64,000 bases of DNA from Octopus vulgaris. Lineage: Eukaryota. Position 1 is the stretch's first letter. Each line of letters opens with the position of its first letter. The stretch covers positions 65,596,001 to 65,660,000 of the forward strand of contig OX597831.1 in assembly GCA_951406725.2 (NCBI GenBank). Direction: 5' to 3'. Below the pieces are notes generated by a model. That model searched no databases. It saw only the letters and a program-made list of their open reading frames with translations, and was not told the origin of the DNA. A program made the position numbers and the translations under genes. Positions 1 to 12,302 of the stretch are shown here, in pieces.

Positions 1-384
1 AGCTTGATTTTGAGTGAAACAAGTTAAAGTAATATTTGAAGTATAAAATACTGTCAGTATGGTAAAAGTATAACAAATCTTGCCAATTGTTATGATTGAT
101 TGATTGATTCTAGTTTCAGCTCACGAGCTGTGGCCATGCTGGGGCACCGCCATAATTTCAACAGAATGTTGTTCTTAATGTTGATGTTTTTTCATTCTAT
201 GAAAGTAGAAAGAAATTAATTCGATCCGTTGTAGGAAAATTGTTAAAAACTGGTTGAGACAATCGCTGTACTACAAAATAAATTGTAAACTGGTGTGTTA
301 TTCTCTAGAACAGAAGGAAAAAAATTAGTTGAAATCGATGTAAAGTGAACAACAATCTAGAATATATTAATACGCAGATAAACT

Positions 385-709
385 ATTAAAAAAATTTTAA
401 ACTTCGTATACTGGTAGAATGTGTTTATAAAACATTTTTTTCTCTTGGCTTTATTGAGAAAATTCTATAGTTTGTAAGATATTTGTTGTTTTTTTGCTTC
501 AATTTCTGCAATATCAACCAATCAATGACGTCTATTGAGGTAAAAAAGACATTCTGTGCCGTATGAATATGTCCCTCATTTAAGAAACAGATTGGGTTTA
601 TTTACATTTGTGAAGAAAAAAAGATACCCTTCCCCCACCCCTGACACTAACTAACCCTAACTAACCCTAACCCTAAAACAAATTGAAATCAATAGATCGA
701 TACTAGGGT
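385..709. mobile_element. Internal fragment of TTAGGG-containing MITE family (no termini)
   Basis: Near-identical to the interior of the copies at 10096-10522 and 35501-35917, including the (CCCTAA) run. Confidence 0.8.
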
Positions 710-759
710 TAATTTTAAAAGATTTCAATATGAATCTTTGAGGTAAAATAATAAACACC

Positions 760-1800
760 GACATGGAAACGAAGAGCAGCAGTAGAAATGGTTGTTTCAT
801 AATTTGTTACTGGAATATAATATGATCTGGGATAAGACGAAGATCTCATGGATATAATTTTAAAATGTGACCAAACAATAGATAGTTCCCATATTAGTAG
901 CAAGGTTATAGTAGTTAAATGTATTTGTTTAACCTGTTTAACGGATGAGATTAAACACACTGGATGTTATATTGTATTTGTTATATGTTAACAGTACGTG
1001 GGACAGAGAGCAACCGTCTTTGTCTGATAAATAGTTCGTGATCAGAAAGGATATTGCCTCAGAAACGTTCAATACGTGATCAAAAATTCTAATAAAATTA
1101 CAAAACTGAGTCTAGCATATGATGTCTACTTATAAATATGTCGATGGTGTTATGTCGATGGTAAACACATGGATGAATGTTAAGCTCATAAATAACAATG
1201 AGGAGAATGGCTTTTGTGGTTTATGTTCTAGAAATGAATTCTATTGTGAGAATAAATTCCGAAGATTCATCAGAAAATGTAAACGGAATAAGTTTTATTT
1301 CATTAGGAATACAAAAAAAAATAGCTATTGTCGAATGTTGTAATAAAGAAGAAGTCATGAAGAGAGGAATTTGAACGATTATTACAATATAAATTGTGAA
1401 TTAGACCTATTTCAAACTCAATGTTTAGCACATTCCTCGCAGGCGTTCTTAATACTCTCAAATATTCCAAGCCGTTTACTAATCACTTCGCGAGAGAAAA
1501 CCCCCACCCCACCAAAAGAAGAAAACGAAGAATAAAGGTATTTGTCGTGTCAAAGTAAAGAATACGGAAGTTAAAATAAAAATATACAGAAGCTAGAAGA
1601 ATATGAAATAGTAAAACTATGGCTACAAAATAATTAGAACACTAATATCAGGGATGAGATGCAACTGGGAAAATAAGGAATAAACAAGAAAAGCAACGTT
1701 AAGACCAATGTTATTTGCAGAAATTAGATTATTTAGATTGTTATAGGTGGAACATAACAGATATGAATCTGTTTATGGTAAACCATAAAACTGAACAGAA
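760..1800 (+). pseudogene. Heavily decayed LINE fragment (possibly RTE APE endonuclease)
   Basis: Patchy peptides (NNNEENGFCGLCSRNEF.ENKF) reminiscent of the RTE endonuclease N-G-L-C-N motif; many stops. Confidence 0.3.
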
Positions 1801-1899
1801 ATTAACAGAAGTGAAAAGTAAAACAAGAAAAAGAATTTAGCGTATTTTTCTTCGCTGCTGGGTAGGTAGCTTAACGAGAAAATGGTATATACCTACCTA

Positions 1900-2704
1900 C
1901 TACTTGTACCTATTTTCATAAACATTGGAATGGCGCAAAGAGATAGGTTCTGTGTGATTCTGTTTATCTTGGCACAAAATTTAGCGAAATTTGTTTTAAA
2001 ACATAGTAGCTAGATCCGGAGCATAAGAAATATCACAAGGAACCTAAACTTTTTTTTTTGTTGATGCTCAGAGTTATGAAACAGTTTGACTTTATAGTAT
2101 AATGGTGGTGTGTGAAAAAAACTTATCTTCCTGACTAGAAAAAACTCATGTTACCCTCTCTGTTTCTCTCCTGTGTCAATCATCTTGGTATTATTTAAAA
2201 ATTGGCACTTGAAAAATTAACCGAAGTATATTAAAATAGAGTTAATAAAACAACAAGCAACTTTTTTCGTGCAAATGTCTTACAATACCTGTTCAGTAAC
2301 AAGATAGGTTACAACATTTTGACTTGTTGACTGGATATTCGCGCCATTCATAATCATAATTTGAAAGCTATTTGTGTCTCAGCAATGAGTAAGTGGCAGA
2401 GGCTTAAATAGTTTAACCATTGGATGTACGATTCCAATCAGGTAGCACATAATTTAACAGGTTCAAATTCATAAAATGTCTTCAGAAATAAGTGACATCA
2501 TTTGAATTGTCCCAATGAGTATGTCTTGAGTGTGATTTAGTTGCTATTTCTACCAAATCGAACGACTACGTTGTACTATCGGAGGCATTGGGGAAATATA
2601 CCAAAGGAAGTTAGGCATAAGGTGGTCCTCTGTATATTCGGAAAATGAAAGAAATGCCAGCGTCGAGAGAGAGAGAGAGAAAGAGAGAAAGAAAGAGAAA
2701 AATG

Positions 2705-2736
<32 letters not shown>

Positions 2737-3480
2737 AGATGGAAAGAAGGAGAGAGAGAAAGAGATAGAAAGAGGGACAGAAAGAGAATATGCTCTCGGA
2801 TAATGTTTCATTTTAAAGCATATGTTTTCGTATCAGAACTAAATACAAGAATGATATAATGTGAATAAAAAAAGTTTGTAAATTTCTATGCTTTTAAGTG
2901 ACAGAAAACGTCGACTGTACCATGTTCCGTTGATAACACATAATTAGCAATTGTTCTAAAATGTCATCAAGATTATTACCTTCCTATGAGATATGATGTT
3001 ATTATGTAAATAATACAGAATGTTATTTGTAAGAAACACTGCCCGGGTATATAGTGTGAACAATTGAACCAACAGGAATATACATGCAACACCTTTCAAA
3101 ACAAAACTACATGAGGCGAATATGTCAATCAAAACTTCTATGAAATAAAATACAAATGAGCCAAAAGTACTTGTGGTAGTCAGCTGACTTACAATGCGCT
3201 CATTTTATCCGAAGTCAGCGAAAAAGATTACACTTCTGGACAGTTGACTCAGAATCTTCAGCTTACACATTCTACGTCTGGGTTCACGTTTGTACCATTA
3301 ACTACAAGCTTGCTTATAACACTGAATGTACAAACAGCAAAATGTTGATTGTAAACAGGCAGTGGCTAATTCTGAAAATCACGTTTGCAAGAAACAGAAA
3401 TACAAGAAGTTTTCTAGAGTTCTGTACGTTGTTGATTCAGAAAAATTGTTACTTTAAGGCAATCTTGTTTTCTTAGAGAC
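1900..3480 (+). pseudogene. Decayed R4/Dong-like non-LTR retrotransposon (RT, zinc knuckle, RLE)
   Basis: Remnant motifs GMAQRD.F.VILFIL (QGD), FFVD, HIISNCSKMSS.YYLPMRYD, SEKDYTSGQL.QNLQL; similar to copies at 25.3-28.1 kb. Confidence 0.55.
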
Positions 3481-3613
3481 AAGCTCCTTTATTAAAGAAG
3501 GTTACCAAATAATGAAATGAAATGAAGAGTTCATAGATAAGCATAATGTCTGCCAAGCTAGTTGTTAACATAGGGACCATTCCTTACAAAGGAACGAATA
3601 CTATTTTATATAA

Positions 3614-3806
3614 TACAGTTCTATATTTAAGAGATGAGGAATTATGTACATTATTTACATTTGACGGATATTTGTCCTCATCTTGTTTGATGTTAACAAC
3701 GTTTCGGCTGATATACCCTCCAGTCTTCATCAGGTGTCTTGGGGAAATTTCGAACCTGGGTTCTCATTCCTAAGGTATTTTTCGTTGATGTTGTTGTTGT
3801 CGTTGC

Positions 3807-3874
<68 letters not shown>

Positions 3875-3940
3875 TCACTGCCTGGAATGGAACTCGGAAT
3901 CTTGGGGTTAGTAGCCCACGCTCTTAACCACTACGCCATA
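3614..3940 (-). mobile_element. tRNA-headed short element with internal (AAT)n and a hammerhead motif
   Basis: Box A TGGCGTAGTGG (3928-3938), box B-like GTTCCATTCC (3884-3893), (AAT)n spacer, HHR at 3695-3738, 3' hairpin AGATGAGGA/TCCTCATCT. Confidence 0.7.
3695..3738 (-). ncRNA. Type I minimal hammerhead ribozyme motif
   Basis: GACAC-CUGAUGA-A-GACUG/CAGCC-GAAA-CG-UU; palindromic stem III ACGU; stem I weakened in this copy. Confidence 0.7.
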
Positions 3941-5214
3941 TAACTTCGTAATTTCAATCAGCTAAGTGTCTAGATAGTATGCTAAGATATGCCTCAGGCA
4001 AAATAAAAATACTTAACACAGATGAAATATATGTGCTTTATGTGGTAGAAAGCGAATATCAATTTTTGAAACAAGGTATTAGGGAGCGTTCCCAATGAGT
4101 GAAGTTTTAAGAAAAAAAGAGGCTGGTATACACTACTTTGCGTTCTAAGTGTAAATTCGAATATAGATATTGCCTAAAATCTAACGAAAGTACATTGGAA
4201 TTTCGTTAGAGAAGAGATGTAGTCCAATGCGAGCAAAGTGATCTAATAATATAAAAATTAGTTGTGCTGGATCCCAAACAATTTTTCTGATATCTAGGGC
4301 TATGGCACACCTTTTGACGAATGTTCAGGTAAATGTTACATGTTCAGGATAGACTGGCTAAGAAACTGCTGAATTCAGATTAAGATAATGTTTGCACTTG
4401 TACACACACACGCACACGCACATACACGCTGATATTTTCCTATGCCTGTAATACTTTATAATCATTTTCATGTTTCTACAAAGGAACAAATGTGTGCAAT
4501 ATATGCGCGAGGATCGGCTCCGGTGCGTAGTCATTTGCACGGATTAAAACGAATCCACACGTGTAGTGTACGTGTTCATGTCATCAAAAACAGAACTTCA
4601 GGAAGAGTTAGTTATTAGTCCGTTGTCTTTTGTTTTCTATTTCTCGTTGTCAATGAAGTTTGTTAGAATCAATTACGACGAGAAACAAGTTTTTAAGAAT
4701 TTTCCCCCGAATCCAGCGAATGGATTATAGTTTTCAGTATTGCCATTGTTGTTGTTTCTCAGATAACCATATTTTTTAAAACTGAATTGAGATCCAGCGA
4801 CTAGGAAGGTTATGTAGAACCTCACTTAGCAAAGCATCACTCTTTAAAAATCTCAACTACAAAAATATTACGAAACTCTAACGTTTTTGCCTATAATTTT
4901 CAGAAACAAATCGACCTAGAAATTATGCTAAAAACTGCCGTTCAAACCGAAAAGATCCGATTTATCTGTGCCTATCGTACAAAAAACAAACAAACATATA
5001 GGTTAAATTGATATCACCAATACGTTCACTATGAAGTGGTACGTAATAAATCCTTTACAATACTCCCAAGAATGTACTAGTGATCTTGTCTTAGTAGGCC
5101 GGTTGTGATGTCAGCTGAAGCATTACACAGATACTATTAAGAACTCGAAAGTCATTTGACAAAATGACTTGCTGCCTCTACTGAACGTTCTTGTATTTTC
5201 GTGCCTACACCTAT

Positions 5215-5590
5215 GTTCTTTTATTGGTTTCATTCACTGGACACAGCTTTGCTGCAGCACCACCTTCAAAGGTTCATTAGATCATATCGACGCCTTTACC
5301 TTACTCTATACGTTGAAACGCAATGTTACGGTACCACGGCCGTTGATCGGTCTAAACATACATACGGCACGACACACGCACACACATACAACACACTCAC
5401 ATACAATCATACAATCATACAATCATATACAAGCGTATATGACGTGTTTCCGTATAGTTTCCATCTACCAAACTTAATTTTCAAAGCATTGGTGGACCAG
5501 AAGTTATCGTAGAAATTTACTCAAGATACCCGTGGTTTCTGTACACAAAATCATGCAGTTGCAAAGCTAATGTCTCAAGCATATGGCTTG
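5215..5590 (-). mobile_element. Old diverged copy of CORE-type SINE
   Basis: Degenerate matches to both halves of the 41246-41677 copy, separated by a microsatellite. Confidence 0.55.
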
Positions 5591-6314
5591 CTAAGATATT
5601 TTTTCTAACTTCAGAAATCACAGAAAGTTCCTTGCAAAGTCATTGGCTCGTCAAATTTCAACCAAGTGACAAGGAAAAGTGACATTTGATATGGATGTCC
5701 CAAATTCTTCTCGACATTGCAAACTACAATTCGAAATTGTGCTTCAGAGCGTTTCAACTAAAATCATTCGTAGGTCTTTCGTGTCTTGCATTCATTAAAA
5801 ATCTTCTGCCCAATCTAAGCTTATTTACAATAGTCCTTTATACACAGTTTTTTTTTGTAGAAATTCTCGTGTCATTTCTTCCATTAATAGCACGGCATGA
5901 TGTTTAGTAATTCAAAACTATGCCTTCTTAGTGCACTGTTACTATGGCTGGTCTAACATAAATGTTACTGTATTTTAACAAACTGAAATTTAGTATCAAA
6001 GCTATTGATTTAATAAAATGATGCTTTTAGAAAATTGCAAAATCACCATTAAACATATAACAGAAGTAAAAACAACAAAGAAACAAAAATGAAAAGTCCA
6101 AGAAGAATGTGAATGCTTTTATTTCATTCATTTTAACATGTTGACATTTTGTTTCTTTTACTATATATGCAGATTTGATCTTTGATATAATGGCTGCATG
6201 AAGATAGGACTGGAACGACATTGGGCTGCTACTTTAATTTATCAACCCAAAAGGATCAAAGACAAAGCTGACCTTCAGGGGAATTGAACTTAGAAAAGCG
6301 CGCACGTCTTTCTG

Positions 6315-6380
6315 TATACATACATACATACATACATACATCATACATACATGCATGCATGCATACATACATATATATAC

Positions 6381-6431
<51 letters not shown>

Positions 6432-6599
6432 CATAAATATATATATATACATATACATATATATATACATGTGTATATACATATATATATATATTTACAT
6501 ACATATAAATACACACAAACATACATACACATGTGTGTGTATACATATGTATATGCATTTATAAGTATACATCTGTATGTATATACACAAACGTATGTA

Positions 6600-6640
<41 letters not shown>

Positions 6641-6780
6641 AATATATATATATATATACATATATATACATGCGTACAAATGTGTGTGTATACGTACGTA
6701 TATGTATTTATAAGTATACATCTGTATGTATGTATGGGTGCATATATATATATATTATATTATATTATATTATATTATAT

Positions 6781-6820
<40 letters not shown>
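6315..6820. repeat. Compound (TA)n/(CATA)n/(TG)n microsatellite
   Basis: Directly visible. Confidence 0.95.
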
Positions 6821-6823
<3 letters not shown>

Positions 6824-7898
6824 ATCGTTCCGCCATTGTTGTTTTGGCACGCGCCGGGCACACCGCCGATAAAATTGTTAAGTTGATGAAACTTCCAAAA
6901 GCAACAGTTTATCACGTGTATAAACAATTTAAAGAAGAGGGAAAGGTTGATAGAAAAGTACACAAGACTCGCAGTGACTCCAAGCGCAATCCAAAATTTC
7001 TTGCTGGCCTCAAACGCTCGATTGAAGCCAACCCATCCACGTCCATGTCAACTCTTGCAAAGAAACGCAATGCGTCCCTTTCCCTGGTGTCCAGAGCTGT
7101 GAACAGTAACATTGGCATGACTGGATATGTTCGACGACGCCATCACCTCCTAAGAGCCAAAGTCAAAACAATCAGAGCCGAGAGATGCCCAAAGCTTCTG
7201 TCACTCATCAAGCATCAAGGCGCAGGAAAGACTTTCGCGTTTGTGGACGAAAAGTTCACCGTGGACGAGGTGAATCGCAGAAATTCTCGAGTGATTCCAT
7301 ACAACAGTTCTGACATCCCCACTGAGTTTGAGACTAAGAATCCTGCCTCCGTGATGATATCTGGAACCGTGACGAGTGATAGAAGTGTCATGGATCTACA
7401 CTTCATTGAGTCTGGCTTGAAGATCGGTACAGAGGAATACCCGGACATCCTGCCTGAAGAACTCTCTGTTACCTTCGATGGAGCAAAAGTTTGGGCTGGA
7501 CAAGGTAGTGCTTATCCAGGACCCTGCACCATGTCATGGGTCAAAAGCAACACAGGTGAGGAGGTGCCATTTTTTGTGAGGGTCAACATCTAGCCCAGTA
7601 AGAGCTCAGATCTCACCCTTCTAGATTATATATTTCTTTACTACCCACAAGGGGCTAAACACAGAGGGGACAAACAAGGACAGACATAGGTATTAAGTCG
7701 ATTACATCGATCCCAGTGCGTAACTAGTACTTAATTTATCGACCCCGAAAGGATGAAAGGCAAAGTCGACCTCGGCGGAATTTGAACTCGGAACGTAACG
7801 GCAGACGAAATACGGCTACGCATTTCGCCCGGCGTGCTAACGTTTCTGCCAGCTTACCGCCTTCTAGATTACATATTGGGCGTACTTCAAACAAGGAC
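6820..7898 (+). pseudogene. Tc1/mariner transposase pseudogene, probably DD37D (maT) type, interrupted by a SINE
   Basis: HTH N-terminus, FVDEKFTVD, NRRNSRV, KNPASVM, frameshifted IQDPAPCHGSKATQ and *PSKSSDLTLLDY; continues as LLDYILGVLQ after the SINE. Confidence 0.9.
7629..7861 (-). mobile_element. tRNA-derived SINE family 1
   Basis: Head GGCGGTAAGCTGGCAGAA, box B GTTCAAATTCC; TSD CCTTCTAGATTA at 7617-7628 and 7860-7871. Confidence 0.92.
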
Positions 7899-8476
7899 AT
7901 ACATACATACATACATACATACATACATACATACATACATACATACATACATACATACACACATACATACATACATACATACATACATACATACATACAT
8001 ACATACATACATACATACAACATACATACATACATACATACTTACATACATACATACATACATACATACGTACATACATACATACATACACACATACATA
8101 CATACATACATACATACATACATACATACATACATACATACATACATACATACATACATACATACATACACACATACACACATACATACATACATACATA
8201 CATACATACATACATACATACATACACACATACATACATACACACATACATACATACATACATACTTACATACATACATACATACACACATAAACACATA
8301 CATACATAATACGTACATACATACATACATACACACATACATACATACACACATACATACATACATACATACATACACACATACATACATACATACATAC
8401 ATACATACATACATACATACACACATACATACATACATACATACATACATACATACATACATACATACATACATAC
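7898..8476. repeat. (CATA)n tetranucleotide array, about 580 bp
   Basis: Directly visible; abuts a CORE-SINE head. Confidence 0.97.
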
Positions 8477-8641
8477 ACGACGGGCTTCTTTCAGTTTCTG
8501 TCTACCAAATCCACTCACAAGGCTTTCGTCGGCCCGAGGCTATAGTAGAAGGTACCTGCCCATGATGCCATGTAGTGGGACTGAACCCGGAACTATGTGG
8601 TTGGGAAGTAAGCGTCTTACTACACAGCCACTCCTGTGCCT
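8477..8641 (-). mobile_element. CORE-type SINE (family 2), 5' half
   Basis: tRNA-like head plus CORE-like segment matching 41513-41677. Confidence 0.88.
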
Positions 8642-8671
8642 ATGTATATGTGTGTGTATATATATACACAT

Positions 8672-8802
8672 ATCATCTATCTCATCTAGATCGCCCCTTA
8701 AGAAGCCCCAAGTCTGTTTCCACATGTTTTTCCCATCCATCTCGATCTTCCATAATGGTCCTCACCTCCTGTACCCCTTCCATACCAGTATCCACCAGCA
8801 AG

Positions 8803-8803
<1 letters not shown>
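8672..8803 (-). mobile_element. 5'-truncated RTE LINE 3' end
   Basis: [28 protein letters not shown] matches the RTE C-terminal DTG...DR..W pattern. Confidence 0.55.
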
Positions 8804-8856
<53 letters not shown>

Positions 8857-8864
8857 CACACATA

Positions 8865-8917
<53 letters not shown>

Positions 8918-8994
8918 TTTAGACAAAATGAGATAGCAAAGCCAAGGCTACGAGGAATTTTCAGAACATTTATAAGGAAAAAGATATAGATATA

Positions 8995-9043
8995 GTCTTA
9001 CAGTTTTTTTCTGGAATATTGTGGATATCCCTTCATCAAAGAC
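8995..9043 (-). ncRNA. Degenerate hammerhead motif
   Basis: GUCU-UUGAUGA-A-GGGAUAU/AUAUUCC-A-GAAA...CUG-UA-AGAC; stems I and II pair, core and stem III mutated. Confidence 0.55.
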
Positions 9044-9571
9044 GATGTGAGATGGTTAAGTAGATATTCAAGTTCGAAATAAGGAATTATTATGGAAAAG
9101 AAGAGATAGTTTATATTATTTATCCTTTCGGTTTTTCATTATATTCCCCGTTAATATAATAATCAAAATAAGTATTAGTTATCCCTATCCTTATTTCTTC
9201 CAATTATCACCCCTTTCCCATTAGGCATTCCCTTGGTACCAACCCTACGCACTTCTTTATGTGGCTCCATTACATTGAAAGTCAAGTAGATTGTTTGTCG
9301 TTAATTGATTTATCACCATTAGCTAGAATACAGTTGACAACTCCCGATGGATTTGATTCTAAATGGCTGAAGACTACATTCTACATAAAGTCTTCTAAAT
9401 GTAAGTCACTAGGTTACCATTCTTTTCCATCTGCTATTCTCCAAATTATAGCAGATGCAACAAGATATGCATTATTTTTTAAACCAATTCTGTCCCAGAT
9501 ATGTCAGTGCCATTATCGATGTGAATATATTAAGGAAATGGTTGTATCCTCCATGTTTGAAATCTGTGCGG

Positions 9572-9654
9572 TCATCTGACGAGAACGGTTTCTTTCAAAT
9601 GACGTAATGTTTTCATTAATCAGTTAAAGGAGTCGCTTGAAACGGCCGTAATGA
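9572..9654 (+). ncRNA. Hammerhead ribozyme, canonical core, long stem II
   Basis: UCAU-CUGACGA-[56-nt stem II GAACGGUUUCUUU...AAAGGAGUCGCUU]-GAAA-CGGCCG-UA-AUGA. Confidence 0.8.
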
Positions 9655-9678
9655 ATTGACACTTGTACATCTTTGTTA

Positions 9679-9753
<75 letters not shown>

Positions 9754-9759
9754 GTATGC

Positions 9760-9817
<58 letters not shown>

Positions 9818-9825
9818 GTATATAT

Positions 9826-10031
9826 AAAGTTAATCCAAACAAGAAAGCACAAAAAAATGCAACAACGCGAGGACGTGGAACAAATATAGTATTATTGGAC
9901 GCTCAGGAAAGAAGGAAAGAAGGAGGGTTTAACGTTTCGAGCGGAGCTCTTCGTCGGAAACATAGGAGAAGGAAAGATCCAGAGAAGGGAAGACAGAGGG
10001 AAAGAAATCGCCAACGGTACACACGCGGTCA
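9826..10031 (-). mobile_element. Short Penelope-like non-coding element carrying an HHR variant at 9927-9961
   Basis: GUUU-CCGACGA-A-GAGC/GCUC-GAAA-CG-UU-AAAC; homologous to 61000-61203; adjacent to (TA)n. Confidence 0.7.
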
Positions 10032-10095
10032 CACACACATACTCACATATTTATTCATATATAATTAGGATAAAGTCATTAATTAATGATTTATC

Positions 10096-10522
10096 GGATC
10101 TTTTCGGTTTGAACGGCAATTTTTTCTAGCGGTGTCATATGAAATTGTCACCCATAATTATGGCCCTAGTATCGATCTATTGCATTTCAATCTGTTTTAG
10201 GGTTAGGGTTAGTTAGGGTTAGGGGTGGGGGATGGGTATCTTTTTTTCTTCACAAATGTAAATAAACCCAATCTGTTTCTTAAACGAGGGACATATTCAT
10301 ACGGCACAGAATGTTTTTTTAACTCAATAGACGTCAGTGATTGGTTGAAATTTCAGAAATTGAAGAAAAAAACAACAAATATCTTACAAACTATAGAATT
10401 TTCTCAATAAAGCCAAGAGAAAAAGATGTTTTATAAACACATTATACCAGTATACGAAGTTTAAAATTGTTTTAGTTACCTAGAAATTATGTTAAAAACT
10501 GCCGTTCAAACCGAAAAGATCC
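10096..10522. mobile_element. MITE with GGATCTTTTCGGTTTGAACGGCA TIRs, 8-bp TSD and internal TTAGGG repeats
   Basis: TIRs at both ends; TSD GATTTATC at 10088-10095 and 10523-10530. Confidence 0.93.
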
Positions 10523-10818
10523 GATTTATCAGTGCCTAGCGTACAAAAAAAATACATATAGGTTAAATGGATATCTAAAGTAAAATTATAAATAATGGCA
10601 CTGGAGGGACAGCAAGCCACTTAAGTTAACACTCCGTTTATCACAAGGCTGTATACAAGGAAAATAGACAAAAAAAAAAAGGATTTATAAAAATATTGTG
10701 GACAACCCTACATCTTAGGATTTCACGGAATGTTACATTGAGTGGTTTGTAGTTGTTTGACGTTTATTTCAAGCATACAGGCGTTGTCACTCCAGCGCCC
10801 TTATTTAAAATTATATAT

Positions 10819-10999
10819 AGGGAGAGTTTACGAAAAAAACAAAAGACGAAGACAGGTGGTGTACAAAACAAACAGATGTATTAGTATAACGCTCAGGAAT
10901 GGAAAAAAAAGTCTTCTACGTTTCGAGCCTACGCTCTTCTACAGAAAGGGACACAGAAAAAACAAGGAGAGAAAAAAATGTGTGTAGTGGCTAACGATC
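10819..10999 (-). mobile_element. Short Penelope-like element with HHR variant at 10913-10948
   Basis: CUUU-CUGUAGA-A-GAGC/GCUC-GAAA-CG-UA-GAAG; near-identical to 21868-22057. Confidence 0.72.
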
Positions 11000-11282
11000 A
11001 TTATATATATAAAATTGTACTTTACACACACACACACGCACGCACATGCACACGCACACACATTCTCACTCACACACACAAAAACGTATCTTTTTTATAA
11101 TATCTATTTTTTAACTTTATGTTTTATAGTCAAAATGACACTGTACCAAATAAGTTATCGTTTCAATAAATAATAAACAAAGTATTAGTAACATAGAGTA
11201 TGTTATTAATGATTCTAAGTATTAAATAATGTAAAGCCCAAATAGCATCACGTGCTCATAACAACAACAGTAATAACTATAA

Positions 11283-11626
11283 TCTCTCTCTATATAAACG
11301 GCAAAATGTCTGTGTGTGTGTCTTTTATACAAATCCACAATTTTTCGATTAGAGAGCTCGCACTTTCTATGGCTATTCAAAACCGTCCAAAGATGGTCGT
11401 GCACATCTTTACATTTCCCCAGTCGCCTTGCAAAGCTATTAAAAAACCAATAGAAGTGACTTTTTTGTGAATTTTCTATCCCAAACCCAATCAAAATGCC
11501 CGAAACTTGATACGCCAATTGAATGCCAGCTAGCTGTATGTGATTGGTCGGAGATTTGGACAGTACTCGCGTGTATGTGCGAACGCTGTATATGCATGCA
11601 CTAGCGTTGCCGGGTCATAGTGCTAG
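11283..11626 (+). mobile_element. Non-autonomous Helitron family A
   Basis: 5' TC, 3' CTAG followed by T; homologous to 36622, 41944, 46483; half of the 3' hairpin deleted. Confidence 0.85.
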
Positions 11627-11699
11627 TAACAGTATAAATACTGGTAAAAATGGTAAAGAAAACTAATATTAGTAATTATAGAATCAATAAGAAAAGATT

Positions 11700-12010
11700 T
11701 GATATGAACATTGAATTTAATAATTGCAGGTAGAGTATTAACTATTAATAACTTTTTGACAAAAATTAATAAGGTTGCTGATTGTACTTCAACTAATAAT
11801 ACCAGGTAACGTGAAAAACAAAAGCAAAAACCAGAAAAATATTAAAGAAATATAACATGGTACAATCTTCCATATTGCTTTCAATGAAAAGCACTCATGC
11901 CAAGAATACATTTAAAAATTTTCATAAATAACCTACCAGTTCAACAAATTTTTGGTAAGTCAGTTTTTTAAATTATCTTACTAATTACACCTAATTTAGC
12001 CTCTGTTAGA
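11700..12010 (+). pseudogene. Penelope-like element fragment (RT-EN linker)
   Basis: RNITWYNLPY...QIFGK...SY resembles the PLE 'IIWFNPPY...KIFN' region. Confidence 0.5.
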
Positions 12011-12302
12011 GCGACGTCTATTCACCATAGCGAGACAACAGCAGTAACAGCAACCACAATAATAATGATGATTCAAAATGCCATTCCATCAAAGTGAGAA
12101 CGCATATCTCCTCGTTCAAATTTTGAATTTGAATTTCTATAACTTTGAATTTCTATGTATCACATTTCATTTTGAAGTCGACAAATACAGGCAAGCTATC
12201 GAAATACCATTCAAGTCAATAAAATATCTATTGCAATCGCATCGCGCTCTTCGCATTGTAACAACAACAACAACAACAATAATAACTATAATTGTAAACA
12301 TA

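Noticed and set aside
1052-1074. TATTG-CCTCA-GAAACGTT-CAATA half-hammerhead
   Set aside because: No CUGANGA box or stem II; could be chance
3871-3940. tRNA gene
   Set aside because: No complete acceptor stem and box B is mutated; it is an element head, as are the other tRNA-like SINE heads
4500-4590. Palindrome ACACGTGT-A and nearby hairpins as an HHR
   Set aside because: No GAAA box adjacent to the palindrome and no valid core
6234-8565. Long YI/HTYI/MYVC-repeat ORFs (also near 33.4, 52.3, 59.3 and 63.4 kb)
   Set aside because: Translations of (TA)n and (CATA)n microsatellites, which lack stop codons
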